Below are positions 8,926 to 19,118 of a DNA stretch of 64,000 nucleotides, piece after piece; positions within the stretch are counted from its first letter, which is position 1; the number at the start of each line of letters is the position of its first letter. A model generated the notes under the pieces. It ran no database searches, had not been told where the DNA came from, and worked only from the letters and a program-made list of their open reading frames with translations. This DNA comes from an uncultured bacterium (GTDB taxonomy: Bacteria; Planctomycetota; UBA1135; GCA-002686595). Location: assembly GCA_943787795.1 (NCBI GenBank), contig CALSNU010000004.1, positions 731,345 through 795,344 of the forward strand, written 5' to 3'. A program made the translations under genes and the position numbers.

Positions 8926-10578
8926 TCAGTGGGCGTAGGCATCTTTCGGCCGTTGCGACCCCCGCAATTGCCACTGGATCCAGAATTGGCTGCGGTCTGC
9001 CCAGGCGAAGGGACGCTCGCCGGGCCGGAGGGGAGAGAAGTACGGCTTGAAGCGCTCAGGAGCCGCGTCCTCGAGGGCCGTGAGCGACTCTCCGAAGCCG
9101 AGGATCTTTGCCTCAATCCGAGCCCTGGCAGGCCCGGGCGGCATTTCCGGAGGCGGCGCCATCGTCGACCCGTACTTGAGCCTGCCCGAGAGCGTGAACA
9201 GGACGATGTCCGCCTCGAGGCTCGAGCGGAGCTCGATGGCCCGGTTCATGGCCTCCACCAGCCGCTCCGGGTCGTCCCCGGCCCGCTCGAAGAGGAAGCC
9301 CCCGACGCTCTCCACGAGGTGCCCCGGCGCCGTGGCGTTGAGGTGGGCCCGGTCGGGGCGCAGGTACGTGGCGGTGGAAGCTCCGAGGGTGACGATCACG
9401 AGGCTGGTCACGGCCCAGGCCGGCGCGGGTCGCCACCGCGAGAGCCAGACGCCGAGGCTGATCCACGCCACAGGGTGGAGCGGCAGCATGTAGCGATAGC
9501 CGTTGACGCCCTTGAGCGGCTGCCCCTGAAACGACCCGAGCACATAGGTGAGGGTCCAGAGCATCGGGTAGAGAGCCAGCGCGAGCTCCGGGCGGACCTC
9601 ACGCTCGCGCAGGAGCGCGCGGAAGGCGCCGAGCGACACCACCACCCAGGCGATGATCGCGAGGGAGAGGAGCACGAACTCGATCACTCGCCCGGCGCCC
9701 GAGAGCTCCGGGAGAAACAGCGAGTGCGGGAGGTACTCGGTGACGAGCGCCACGAAGGCGTCACGGACCCCCGACAGCGAGCTCTGGAAGTGGCCCGCTG
9801 CCGACTTGCCGTAGACGCCGAGGCCCTGCCACTGGTGGGTCAGGTTGTAGATCCACCAGGGACCGAGTCCGACGACGGCGCCCGCGACGCGGGCCGCCAT
9901 GTCGGCCCGGAGCAACGCCCTGCGATCCCGGAGCGCCTCGACCAACAACATCACCGCGAGCCACAGCGCGAGGCCGTAGTGGAACCAGAGCGCGAGGCCG
10001 GCGACCACGCCCACTCCGAATGCCCCGGCGAGGCGCCGCTCCTCACTGAAGACGTGGAGGGTCCAGAGCCACAGCACGAGCATGGCAAACGCGTTGGCCT
10101 CCACGTGGGAGGCCCAGGCGATCGCCCCGACCATCGCGTAACCGGGCGACGGCACGCAGGCGAGGAGGCCCGCGATCCAGGCTGCGCGGCGCGAGAAGAG
10201 CCGGTCGACGAGCAGGAACAGGCAGGCGATGGTCACCCAGTCGTAGAGCAGGTTCGGCAGCCGCATGGTCAGCGGTGATCCGCCGAACACCCTGAAGCTC
10301 AGCGCGTCGAGCCCGATGGTGAGCAGGGTGCCGCCCTGGAAGTGCCCCTGCTGATAGTCGAAGTACGGAACGAGCGGACCGTCCACCCACTCCTGCGCCG
10401 CCATCCCTCGGCGCCACTCCTCGGTGTCCGGGAGGCCGCCAGGGGAGATCTCCTCGGGCGGCATCGCGACGAGCGTGAGCTTGACCAGCGCCGCGATCAG
10501 CAGGAGCACCGCGATGGCGCCCGCCCGTCGCTGACCCTGCGATCCGTGCCGCGCGCTTTCGTGGATCTCTTCCGCCAT
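8926..10578 (-). CDS. GT-C fold membrane glycosyltransferase (ArnT/PMT-like)
   Basis: Many TM helices; DTEE acidic loop after TM1; 'RLPNLL', 'SRRAAWIAGLL', RYMLP motif; ATG 10578. Confidence 0.7.
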   Translation of the reverse strand: MAEEIHESARHGSQGQRRAGAIAVLLLIAALVKLTLVAMPPEEISPGGLPDTEEWRRGMAAQEWVDGPLVPYFDYQQGHFQGGTLLTIGLDALSFRVFGGSPLTMRLPNLLYDWVTIACLFLLVDRLFSRRAAWIAGLLACVPSPGYAMVGAIAWASHVEANAFAMLVLWLWTLHVFSEERRLAGAFGVGVVAGLALWFHYGLALWLAVMLLVEALRDRRALLRADMAARVAGAVVGLGPWWIYNLTHQWQGLGVYGKSAAGHFQSSLSGVRDAFVALVTEYLPHSLFLPELSGAGRVIEFVLLSLAIIAWVVVSLGAFRALLREREVRPELALALYPMLWTLTYVLGSFQGQPLKGVNGYRYMLPLHPVAWISLGVWLSRWRPAPAWAVTSLVIVTLGASTATYLRPDRAHLNATAPGHLVESVGGFLFERAGDDPERLVEAMNRAIELRSSLEADIVLFTLSGRLKYGSTMAPPPEMPPGPARARIEAKILGFGESLTALEDAAPERFKPYFSPLRPGERPFAWADRSQFWIQWQLRGSQRPKDAYAH

Positions 10579-10728
10579 ACCTCGCTGGGACGCCTGTCCC
10601 CGGCTGGAGGCCGAGGATATGGAGTAGCAGAAGCAGGAATGGCCGTGATTCGATAGCTTCTCTGGGCAGCCCGCAACGCCCGCAGCGCGAGCCCTCAAGG
10701 GGCGTCGCACGCTTGGACCGGCTGGATC

Positions 10729-11088
10729 ATGGAGCCCCAATCTGTACTCGTCGTCGAGGACAACCCTGTCCTCGCCGAAGCGATCACGTTCGCCCTCGGC
10801 ACGTTCGGCTGGACCGTGGTCGGTCCCCACGCGACGAACGCAGCGGCCATCGCGGCGATCGACGCGGAGACGTTCCACGCGGCGGTGCTCGACCTCGACC
10901 TCGGGGAGACCCTGTCGGCCCCCACGGCCACAAGACTGCGTGAGCGTGGGATCCCCTTCGTATTCATGACCGGGCACGACGCCTCGGTGGTCCTCCCCGC
11001 CGAATTCCACGGTGAGCGCTGCCTCGTGAAGCCGGTGGAGCCCGAGCAGCTGGTCGAGGCGCTCGAGGCCCTGATCAGCGCTTCCTGA
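10729..11088 (+). CDS. Single-domain response regulator receiver
   Basis: LVVEDN, VLDLDL phosphoacceptor Asp, FMTG, VKP. Confidence 0.9.
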   Translation: MEPQSVLVVEDNPVLAEAITFALGTFGWTVVGPHATNAAAIAAIDAETFHAAVLDLDLGETLSAPTATRLRERGIPFVFMTGHDASVVLPAEFHGERCLVKPVEPEQLVEALEALISAS

Positions 11089-11274
11089 GCGGGGCGTTCC
11101 GCTCCCCAGGATCCCGCGCCGCAGCCCTGCCGGTTGAGGCGCTCGAGGAGGGGGGGCAGCCCGTCGGAGCGCTGGCGGAGGAGAGCCCCCTGTCGAGGCT
11201 GGAAGCTCCGCTCAAGATGGGCCGCCACCCCTGCCGATGGACCAAAGGTAGGTCCAGCCAACGGACCACCTGCC

Positions 11275-11802
11275 ATGGCCAAGCCTCCCCGGACCCAGAG
11301 TGAACCCCGTCGCGGCTTCACCATCCTCGAGCTGCTGATCATCCTCGCCTTGCTGACGATCACGGCGAGCGTCGGGATCCCGGCCTACTTCGCGCGACCC
11401 GAGGTGACCCTCGACAGCGCCGCTCGGCTCCTGGCATCCGACATGCGCGAGATCCAGAACCGCGCCGCCCTCTACCGCACTCCCCTGTCGCTGGAGTTCG
11501 CCACGGGTGGCGGCGGATACAGCGGCCTCCATGCCAACGGAGACCCGCTCACCTCGCCGTACGAGGACGGCCCATACGTGCGCGTCTACGACGCGGACGC
11601 GGTCTTCCAGGGCGTGCGGGTCGTCGAGGTGCAATCGCCGGAGGGCGACCGGGTGTCCTTCACCCCGCGGGGCCTCTCCGCCGCCACCGCGTCCGTCGTC
11701 CTCAGCTTCGATGGCGAGACCCGCACGGTCCGGATCCGCAAGGGCTCAGGCCTCGTCGAGATCACGGGCCTCGAAGACCCCTGGTTCGACGCGGGCCTCT
11801 AG
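11275..11802 (+). CDS. Type IV pilin/pseudopilin, GspH/FimT-like
   Basis: RRG/FTILELLIIL prepilin cleavage-methylation motif; ATG 11275. Confidence 0.85.
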   Translation: MAKPPRTQSEPRRGFTILELLIILALLTITASVGIPAYFARPEVTLDSAARLLASDMREIQNRAALYRTPLSLEFATGGGGYSGLHANGDPLTSPYEDGPYVRVYDADAVFQGVRVVEVQSPEGDRVSFTPRGLSAATASVVLSFDGETRTVRIRKGSGLVEITGLEDPWFDAGL

Positions 11803-12317
11803 CGGCTCGCCGTCCAAGCCTCGAGCCCACCGCGGACCGCGAAGACGTTCTCGAAGCCGTGGCCGAGGAAGTAGCTGGCCACGTCGAGGCTCCGGTCCCC
11901 GTTCGCGCAGATGAACACGATCCGGCGATCCTTCGGGAGCGACATGTACTTGTCCGAAGCGTCGTAGTCGAGGGCCTCGGCGCCCTCGGCCACGGCCTCG
12001 GTCCGCTCGTCGGGCGTACGCACGTCGACGAAGGAGAAGTCCTCCGACGCGGCGGTGAGCGCTCGGACCTCGTCGGGGTTGACCTGCCGATCCCGATCCA
12101 TCGTCTCGGCGCGGATGATGGTCTCGACCATATCCTTGATGTCGAGGATGTTGTGGTCCTTGGCCACCTGGGCCAGGGTGTCCGACGGCTGAAAGCCGCA
12201 GGCCGAGCAGCCCCCAACGTGGTAGCGCTGGAACAGCGCGCGCTGGGCGGCGGGTGCGACGGAGAGGATCTGCTCCATCGTCATCTCGGGGGTGATCGTG
12301 AGGCTCTGGTCGGTCAT
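11799..12317 (-). CDS. Rhodanese-domain protein with N-terminal CxxC (DUF1858-like) domain
   Basis: N-terminal ITPEMTM...GGCSACG...TLAQVA; C-terminal DVRT, ICANGDRS, GGLEAW. Confidence 0.8.
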   Translation of the reverse strand: MTDQSLTITPEMTMEQILSVAPAAQRALFQRYHVGGCSACGFQPSDTLAQVAKDHNILDIKDMVETIIRAETMDRDRQVNPDEVRALTAASEDFSFVDVRTPDERTEAVAEGAEALDYDASDKYMSLPKDRRIVFICANGDRSLDVASYFLGHGFENVFAVRGGLEAWTASR

Positions 12318-12551
12318 CGTGTCTTGGCGGTCAGGAGTGCGGCGGGAGCATAGTCTACGGCCGGCCGCATCCCACCCGCCTGAGCCGGGTTCGCTTCCTC
12401 TGGCCGCGGATTGCCCCGTCGTGAGCACATTCCGGGGGCGCGCCGCGCCGGCGCGGGGCTGCTCCAGCTAACCTCCCCCCACCCAGCGACCGAGGAAGGC
12501 CCCGCCCGAAAGGGCCTCCGGCGCTGGAGACCCGACCAGAGAGGAATGCCA

Positions 12552-14024
12552 GTGGCCCAGGCCAAGATCAAACCCCGCGCCGAAGACTACGCGCAGTGGT
12601 ATCAGGACATCATCCAGCACGCTGACCTCGCGGAGCCCGCGGGCGTCGTCAAGGGCTGCATGGTCATCAAGCCCCACGGCTATGCCATCTGGGAGGCCAT
12701 GCAGGCCGACCTCGACCGGCGCTTCAAGGACACCGGGCACAAGAACGCCGCGTTCCCCATGCTCATCCCCATGAGCTTCCTCGAGAAGGAAGCCGAGCAC
12801 GTGGAGGGCTTCGCGCCGGAGCTCGCGGTCGTGACCCACGCGGGCGGCAAGGAGCTCGAGGAGCCGTACTGCATTCGGCCCACGTCCGAGACCATCATCG
12901 GGCACTTCTTCGCGAAGTGGATCGACTCCCACCGCGACCTCCCGCTGCTGATCAACCAGTGGGCCAACGTCATGCGCTGGGAGCTGCGCACGCGCATGTT
13001 CCTGCGCACGAGCGAGTTCTTCTGGCAGGAGGGGCACACCGCGCACGCGACCCACGACGAGGCGAAGGAGGAGGTCGCGCGGATGCTCGACGTCTACCGC
13101 GACTTCGCGCGCGACATGATGGCCATGCCGGTGGTGCGCGGCATCAAGAGCGCCCACGAGCGCTTCGCCGGCGCCCTCGAGACCCTCACCATCGAGGCCA
13201 TGATGCAGGACGGCAAGTCGCTGCAGTCGGGCACCAGCCACGACCTCGGCCAGAACTTCGGCAAGGCCTTCGACGTCACGTTCCAGAACGCCGAGGGTGA
13301 GCGCGAGTACGTGTGGCAGACCTCATGGGGTCTCTCGACGCGCATGATCGGTGCCCTGATCATGACCCACTCGGACGACGACGGCCTCGTGCTCCCGCCG
13401 CGCCTCGCGCCGATCCACGTGGTGATCGTCCCGATCTACCGCAAGGACGAGGAGCGCGACGCGGTCCTCGAGGCGGCAGACCGCATCGGCGCCGAGCTGC
13501 GCGAGGATGGCCTGCGGGTCGAGGTCGACAAGCGGACGGGCATGAAGCCCGGGGCAAAGTACTACGAGTGGGAGCGCAAGGGCGTCCCCATGCGCCTCGA
13601 GATCGGCCCGCGCGACCTCGAGCAGCGCGCGGTCATGAGCAAGATGCGCCTCGCCGAGCTCGACGAGCGCGGCCGCCCCGTGAAGGAGGTCCTGCCCTGG
13701 GACGGGCTCGGGATTGAGATCGGCAAGCGCCTGGACCGCTTCCAGGAGGAGCTCTACGAGCGCGCCCTCAAGATGCGCGAGGAGAACACCCACCTCGTGG
13801 ACTCCTGGGACGACTTCGTGGCCGCCTTCGAGGGCTCCAAGAGCTCCTTTGTCTACGCCCACTGGGACGGGACGACCGAGACCGAGCTCGCCATCAAGGA
13901 GGCCACCAAGGCCACGATCCGCTGCATCCCCCTCGAGGGTGAGGGCCCGCCGGTGGAGGCCGGGACGTGCATCAAGACCGGGGCGCCCAGCGCCCAGCGC
14001 GTGCTCTTCGCCAAGAACTACTGA
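12552..14024 (+). CDS. proS: Proline--tRNA ligase (archaeal/eukaryote-like type)
   Basis: [43 protein letters not shown]-terminal FAKNY; GTG 12552 behind AGAGGA (ATG 12546 alternative). Confidence 0.97.
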   Translation: MAQAKIKPRAEDYAQWYQDIIQHADLAEPAGVVKGCMVIKPHGYAIWEAMQADLDRRFKDTGHKNAAFPMLIPMSFLEKEAEHVEGFAPELAVVTHAGGKELEEPYCIRPTSETIIGHFFAKWIDSHRDLPLLINQWANVMRWELRTRMFLRTSEFFWQEGHTAHATHDEAKEEVARMLDVYRDFARDMMAMPVVRGIKSAHERFAGALETLTIEAMMQDGKSLQSGTSHDLGQNFGKAFDVTFQNAEGEREYVWQTSWGLSTRMIGALIMTHSDDDGLVLPPRLAPIHVVIVPIYRKDEERDAVLEAADRIGAELREDGLRVEVDKRTGMKPGAKYYEWERKGVPMRLEIGPRDLEQRAVMSKMRLAELDERGRPVKEVLPWDGLGIEIGKRLDRFQEELYERALKMREENTHLVDSWDDFVAAFEGSKSSFVYAHWDGTTETELAIKEATKATIRCIPLEGEGPPVEAGTCIKTGAPSAQRVLFAKNY

Positions 14025-14047
14025 GCACCAGCGGACCCCTGGTTCAC

Positions 14048-14085
14048 GAGGAGGCCCCACCGCGGCGACGCGGAGGGGCCTCCTC
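14048..14085 (+). terminator. GC-rich hairpin downstream of proS
   Basis: GAGGAGGCCCC-A-CCGCG-GCGA-CGCGG-A-GGGGCCTCCTC; no U-tract. Confidence 0.55.
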
Positions 14086-14390
14086 CGATGGAGCCCAGGT
14101 GCCGTCCGCTCGCCCTCTCCAGGCCGTCGGCAGCGGCCCAAGGGCTGCCCAGCCCCCGCTCGAGCTCTGGCCTCCATCGGAACCGGGAGCCGCCCGTCCT
14201 GGCCGAGCCGCCGCAGTGAGCCGCTGCGCCAGCCAGGCTCCCTCCTGTGGCCCCTCCCGCGGCCCTTCCTGGGGCCCCAGCTGCGGCCCCTTCGGACACC
14301 GAGCTCACTCCCCGCCGGGACCGGCCACACCGGGGCAGAACCACGGACGCCTTGGGGGTAGAATGGTCCGCCGCTTCCCGCTCCAACGCC

Positions 14391-15392
14391 GTGATCTTCC
14401 TCTGTCTCTCCGCCGCCGTCCTGCTCCTCGGCCTGCTCGTGGAGACCGCGGCCCGTCGTCGGGACGGCAAGCGCTGGCCGCGCCCTGGCCGCGCCATCGA
14501 CGTCGGCGGGCATGGCCTGCACGCCCGGGTCTTCGGTGAGGGAGAGCGCCTGGTCGTCTTCGAGGCGGATGAGGGCGCGTGGTCCTCGCACTGGGGCCGA
14601 CTCCCCGAGGAGCTGGGCAAGGTGGCGACGGCGGTGGTGTACGACCGCGCGGGGTTGGGCTGGAGCGAGAGCGGTCCCCCGCCGCGTGACGTCGAGACGC
14701 TGGCGCGCGAGCTGCATCACCTCCTGCAGCAGCTGGCCCCCGGGCGGCCCGTGATCCTCGTAGGTCACGGCACCGGCGCCGGCGTGGCCCGAACATACGC
14801 CCACCGATACCCCTTCGAGACGTCCGCCTTGGTGCTCGTCGATCCCATGCACGAGGGCTTTGGCGACCTGCTTCGCAGGGAACAGGTCGCTCCCCTCAAG
14901 CCCTCGGCCTGGGGCATCGGACTCGCCTCGCTGCTCGGACGCTTCGGGGTCTTGAGGCTGCTGAACTCCCGCCAGTCCCCCAACGAGCACCTGCCGCTGC
15001 CCCCTTCCCAGCGAGCTGAACTGGACGCCCACGAGCTCGAGCCACGGGTCCGGCGCGCGGCCGCGAATGAGCTGGAGTGCGAGGCCAGGAACGTGGCCTA
15101 CCTCTCCGGCCTCGCCGCGGTCCCCGAGCTGCCCCTCCGGGTCATCGTCGCGACGGAGACCCTCGACCCGGCGGACACCCCGCCGGACTTCCCGCACGAG
15201 GACTACAACCGCCTCTGGGTGGAGCAGAGCGCGGCCTTCCTGGACGTCTCAAGGAGGGCGCAACGCGTGCTCGTGGAAGGATCCGGGCATCAGCTCCAAC
15301 TCGAGCGGCCCGAGATCGTTCTTGAGGCCATCCTCGACGTCATCGGTGAGGTCGAAGAGGTCGAGGCCCTCCGCGCCGCCGAGGAGTCCTGA
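14391..15392 (+). CDS. Membrane-anchored alpha/beta hydrolase fold protein with nucleophile Ser replaced (GHGTG)
   Basis: YDRAGLGWSE, LVGHGTGA, LVLVD, GSGHQLQLERP; GTG 14391 downstream of TAGAAT (14359-14364). Confidence 0.8.
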   Translation: MIFLCLSAAVLLLGLLVETAARRRDGKRWPRPGRAIDVGGHGLHARVFGEGERLVVFEADEGAWSSHWGRLPEELGKVATAVVYDRAGLGWSESGPPPRDVETLARELHHLLQQLAPGRPVILVGHGTGAGVARTYAHRYPFETSALVLVDPMHEGFGDLLRREQVAPLKPSAWGIGLASLLGRFGVLRLLNSRQSPNEHLPLPPSQRAELDAHELEPRVRRAAANELECEARNVAYLSGLAAVPELPLRVIVATETLDPADTPPDFPHEDYNRLWVEQSAAFLDVSRRAQRVLVEGSGHQLQLERPEIVLEAILDVIGEVEEVEALRAAEES

Positions 15393-15604
15393 GGGTCGCC
15401 GGGGAGCGCCTCGACGGTCATCCCCCGCGTCACTTCCTCCCGCTTCGCCCGGACGCCGGCTGACGCCCTTACCATGCGCCAGCGGAACGCCCGCTGCCTC
15501 CACTGTTCAGATTGCCCCGCCCTGGGCTCCCCGCCGCACGCCCGCTGGCGCCCGTCCGGAACGACGGGACGCCACCAAGCCGTCCCCCCACCAAGACCCG
15601 TCTG

Positions 15605-17326
15605 ATGATGCGCCCCAATCCCCTCACCCGCTTGATCCAGGGGGCGGCCGTGGTCGCCCTCACCGCATGGGGCGGCGCTGCCCAGACCCAGGAGCCGGTC
15701 GCCAAGGTGGACGGCCCGCCCACCATCGCCGACACCTCGGCCATGGATCCCGGGCTCGTGCGCCTGCTCGATGATCTCCTGGCGGAGGTCGCGGCCAACC
15801 CGACGAGCGCGGAGGCCCGGGCCGAGCTCGGCCTCGCCTACGAGGGCAACACCATCTGGTCCCTCGCCGAGCAGTGCTACGACCAGGCGCTGCAGCTGGA
15901 TGGCGACGGCACCCAGTGGCTGTTCCGGCGCGGCATCTGCCGGTTCGCCTCCGGGGACCTTGAGCCCGCCATCGCGGACCTGCGGGCGACCGCCGAGGTC
16001 TTCAAGAACACCCCCGTCGTCCAGGCCCGCCTCGGTGACGCCCTCCGCCTCGCCGGCGAGCTCGAGGCCGCCGAGGTCGCGTGGCGCCGAGCCATCGAGA
16101 CCGAGGACCGCCAACCGCAGGTGGTGCGCTACGCAGCGAGCCGGGTCGGGCTCGCCCAGACGCTGCTCGACCTCGAGCAGCCGGAGGAAGCGGTCAGCCT
16201 CTGCCGCAAGGCCCTCGAGCTGGCACCTGGCTATCGTCACGCCCACTACACCCTCGGGCTGGCCCTGCTGGAACTCGGGCAAGTCGAAGAGGGAGAGGCC
16301 GAGCTGATCGCCGGAGAGAACGCCTATCCCGAGTTCCCGCCAGGGCCCCACACCGCGCGGCTCACCGCTTACGGGCGCGGCTTCGGTCGCCGGATGATGG
16401 TCATCGAGATGATCGTGCAGTCCGGAGACCTCGAGGAAGCGAACCGGCGCCTCGCTGAGATCATGGAGAGCCGCGGCGACGAGTACCTCGTGCTCAACCT
16501 GGCGTCGCGCGTCGCTCAGCGCAGCGGCGACAACGCCCGCGCCCGTGAGCTGCTCGCCCGCAGCCTCGAGGCCTCGCCGGGCGAGCCGTCGACCCTGACA
16601 CAGCTCTGCCTGCTCGACCTCCAGGAAGCGGACTCCATCAAGTTCCAGCTCGGCAACATGCAGCAGCAGGCCAGCCAGGGCGTCGCCGTCGATCCCGCCG
16701 TCGTCACCCAGCTCCAGGAGCGGGGCCGAGAGCTCTGCGCGTCCGCCCTCGCCAGCGCCAACGCCGCGGCCAGCGCCGCGCCGACGGTCGGCTCACTGCA
16801 CTACTGGGTTGGCGTGAGCCACCAGACCAGCGCGAGCTTCGCGGCGGACCAGAACGCCATGGGCCAGTCTCTTCAGACGGCCCTCGCGTCTTTCCAGATG
16901 GCGCTTCGCCTCGGCTGCACGGAACCCGAGTTCAACATCCAGCTGGCCAACCTCTACGCGCAGATGGGGCGCCCGCGGGAGCTCCTGCGCTACGCCCTCC
17001 GCCACCTCGACACCGTCCCGCGGGACCCCGCCACGCTCTCGACCGTGATCCAGGCGCTGATCTCCAATCAGCGCTCCGCGGAGATACGCCCCTACATCGA
17101 GCGCCTGCGCGCAGCCGGCACCGGACAGCTCCCTTCCCTCCAGTTCTGTGTGCAGGCCTATCTGACCATCGGCGACTTCAGCGCGGCCGAGTCCGCCCTG
17201 GCCGAGTTCGAGGCCGCCGGCCCCGGCAACCCGCAGGTCGCCCAGTTCGTGACAGCCGTCCAGGCCCACATCGCGCAAGAGCGCGCCAAGACCCCCCCGC
17301 CCGCCGAGGGTGGCGGGCGTCCCTGA
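15605..17326 (+). CDS. Secreted tetratricopeptide repeat protein
   Basis: Signal peptide then multiple TPR-like helices (e.g. ALELAPGYRHAHYTLGLALLELG). Confidence 0.85.
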   Translation: MMRPNPLTRLIQGAAVVALTAWGGAAQTQEPVAKVDGPPTIADTSAMDPGLVRLLDDLLAEVAANPTSAEARAELGLAYEGNTIWSLAEQCYDQALQLDGDGTQWLFRRGICRFASGDLEPAIADLRATAEVFKNTPVVQARLGDALRLAGELEAAEVAWRRAIETEDRQPQVVRYAASRVGLAQTLLDLEQPEEAVSLCRKALELAPGYRHAHYTLGLALLELGQVEEGEAELIAGENAYPEFPPGPHTARLTAYGRGFGRRMMVIEMIVQSGDLEEANRRLAEIMESRGDEYLVLNLASRVAQRSGDNARARELLARSLEASPGEPSTLTQLCLLDLQEADSIKFQLGNMQQQASQGVAVDPAVVTQLQERGRELCASALASANAAASAAPTVGSLHYWVGVSHQTSASFAADQNAMGQSLQTALASFQMALRLGCTEPEFNIQLANLYAQMGRPRELLRYALRHLDTVPRDPATLSTVIQALISNQRSAEIRPYIERLRAAGTGQLPSLQFCVQAYLTIGDFSAAESALAEFEAAGPGNPQVAQFVTAVQAHIAQERAKTPPPAEGGGRP

Positions 17327-17381
17327 ACTCCGCCCCGCCCGCCGTTCGACCCAGCGCCACCACACTGTCCTCCCCTTGACG

Positions 17382-19088
17382 ATGATCACCTCCGTTTCGC
17401 TGCTCGCCCTGCTCGCTCCCGCCGCCCCCGCCGCCGCGCAGGAAGCCGCCGCGCCCCCCGTCTGGTTCAGGGAGGTCGGCGCCGACGCCGGCGTCGACTT
17501 TGTCCACCTGGCCGACCGAACCGACCGCCACCGCTTCCCCGAGATCATGGGCGGCGGCGTCGCCCTGCTGGACCATGACGGCGACGGCGACCTGGACATC
17601 TACCTGGTCCAGGGGGGCATCCTCGGCGACGCCGCGGAAGGGGTCGAGCGCCCCGGCAACCGGCTGTTCCGGAACGACACTGAGGCCGGCGGACCGCTCC
17701 GGTTCACCGACGTGACCGAGCAGGCAGGGGTCGGCAACAACGAGTACGGCATGGGCGTCGCCTGCGGAGACTTCGACCGAGACGGTGACACGGACCTCTT
17801 TGTCACCAACGTCGGCCCGAACGTCATGTATGTGAACAACGGTGACGGGACCTTCACCGACAAGACCGCGAAGCTGAAGGTCGGCGACCCCCGCTGGGCC
17901 ACCAGCGCGGCCATGTTCGACGCCAACGGTGACGGGAAGCTCGACCTCTACGTGGTGAACAACCTCGGCTGGTCCGACGCGATCGAGATCGAGTGCTTCA
18001 ACTACTACGGGGAGCCCGACTACTGCAGCCCGAACAACTACAACGCGCCCTCCGCCGACCTCTTCTACACGTTCGGGCGGCTCGGCTTCACCGACGCGAC
18101 CCTGCGCACGGGCATCGACGCCGCCTTCGGCAACGGGCTCGGCCTCGCGGTTGGTGACTCCGACCTCGACGGCGACCTCGACGTCTACGTGGCGAACGAC
18201 GCCACCACCAACCTGCTCTGGGTCAACGACGGTCGAGCGCTCTTCGAGGACCGCGGGATCCGCGCGGGCTGCGGCCTGAACGGCAACGGCACCCCCGAGG
18301 CGGGGATGGGCGTTCAATTCGTCGACCTCGACGAGGACGGCGACCTGGACCTCTACATGACACACCTGAGGCGGGAGACCAACACCTACTACCGCAACCG
18401 CAACGGCAAGTTCAGTGACATGAGCAACGTCACCGGGACCGCCGGCGTGAGCATGAAGTTCACGGGCTTCGGCATGGGCTTCCAGGACTTCGACCTGGAC
18501 GGGACCCTTGACCTCTACGTCGCCAACGGCGCGGTCCAGGCCTGGAAGGAGGGCGAGCGCTTCGACCAGAACGACGCCTACGCGGAGCCCAACCACCTGT
18601 TCCAGGGTGCCCGCAAGGGCAAGCGAGTGACCTTCAAGCTCACCCAGCCCGCCGGAGCGACCGCTGAACCGCTCCTAGGAACGAGCCGCGGCGCGGCCTT
18701 CGGAGACCTGGAGGGAGACGGCGACGTGGACATCATCGTCGTGGACCTGGACGCCCGGGTGAAGGTGCTAGAGAACGTCGCCCCGAGGGAGGGCGAGGCC
18801 GCGAGCTGGGTCGGCTTCCAGGCGACCTCCGGCAAGAAGAGCGCCATCGTGCACGGCGCGACGGTCTCCATCGCGCGCGGCGACGAGGGCAAGCGCCAGT
18901 ACCGGCAGGCCAACCCGGCCTACAGCTACCTCTCGAGCAACGACCCCCGGGCCCACTTCGGACTCGGCGGCGCCTCGACCGCGAAGGACGTTCAGGTCCG
19001 GTGGCCGGACGGCACGGTCGAACGCTTCGGAGATCGGCCGGCCGGCCAGTACCACGTCCTCGCGAAGGGCGAAGGCCAGAAGCAGTGA
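17382..19088 (+). CDS. CRTAC1/ASPIC-UnbV family FG-GAP repeat protein
   Basis: Signal peptide; repeated DxDGDGDLDxY; SRGAAFGDL; YLSSNDPRAHFGLG...VRWPDG. Confidence 0.92.
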   Translation: MITSVSLLALLAPAAPAAAQEAAAPPVWFREVGADAGVDFVHLADRTDRHRFPEIMGGGVALLDHDGDGDLDIYLVQGGILGDAAEGVERPGNRLFRNDTEAGGPLRFTDVTEQAGVGNNEYGMGVACGDFDRDGDTDLFVTNVGPNVMYVNNGDGTFTDKTAKLKVGDPRWATSAAMFDANGDGKLDLYVVNNLGWSDAIEIECFNYYGEPDYCSPNNYNAPSADLFYTFGRLGFTDATLRTGIDAAFGNGLGLAVGDSDLDGDLDVYVANDATTNLLWVNDGRALFEDRGIRAGCGLNGNGTPEAGMGVQFVDLDEDGDLDLYMTHLRRETNTYYRNRNGKFSDMSNVTGTAGVSMKFTGFGMGFQDFDLDGTLDLYVANGAVQAWKEGERFDQNDAYAEPNHLFQGARKGKRVTFKLTQPAGATAEPLLGTSRGAAFGDLEGDGDVDIIVVDLDARVKVLENVAPREGEAASWVGFQATSGKKSAIVHGATVSIARGDEGKRQYRQANPAYSYLSSNDPRAHFGLGGASTAKDVQVRWPDGTVERFGDRPAGQYHVLAKGEGQKQ

Positions 19089-19118
19089 AGCACTAGGCGC
19101 CGCCCACCTGGCGGCGCC

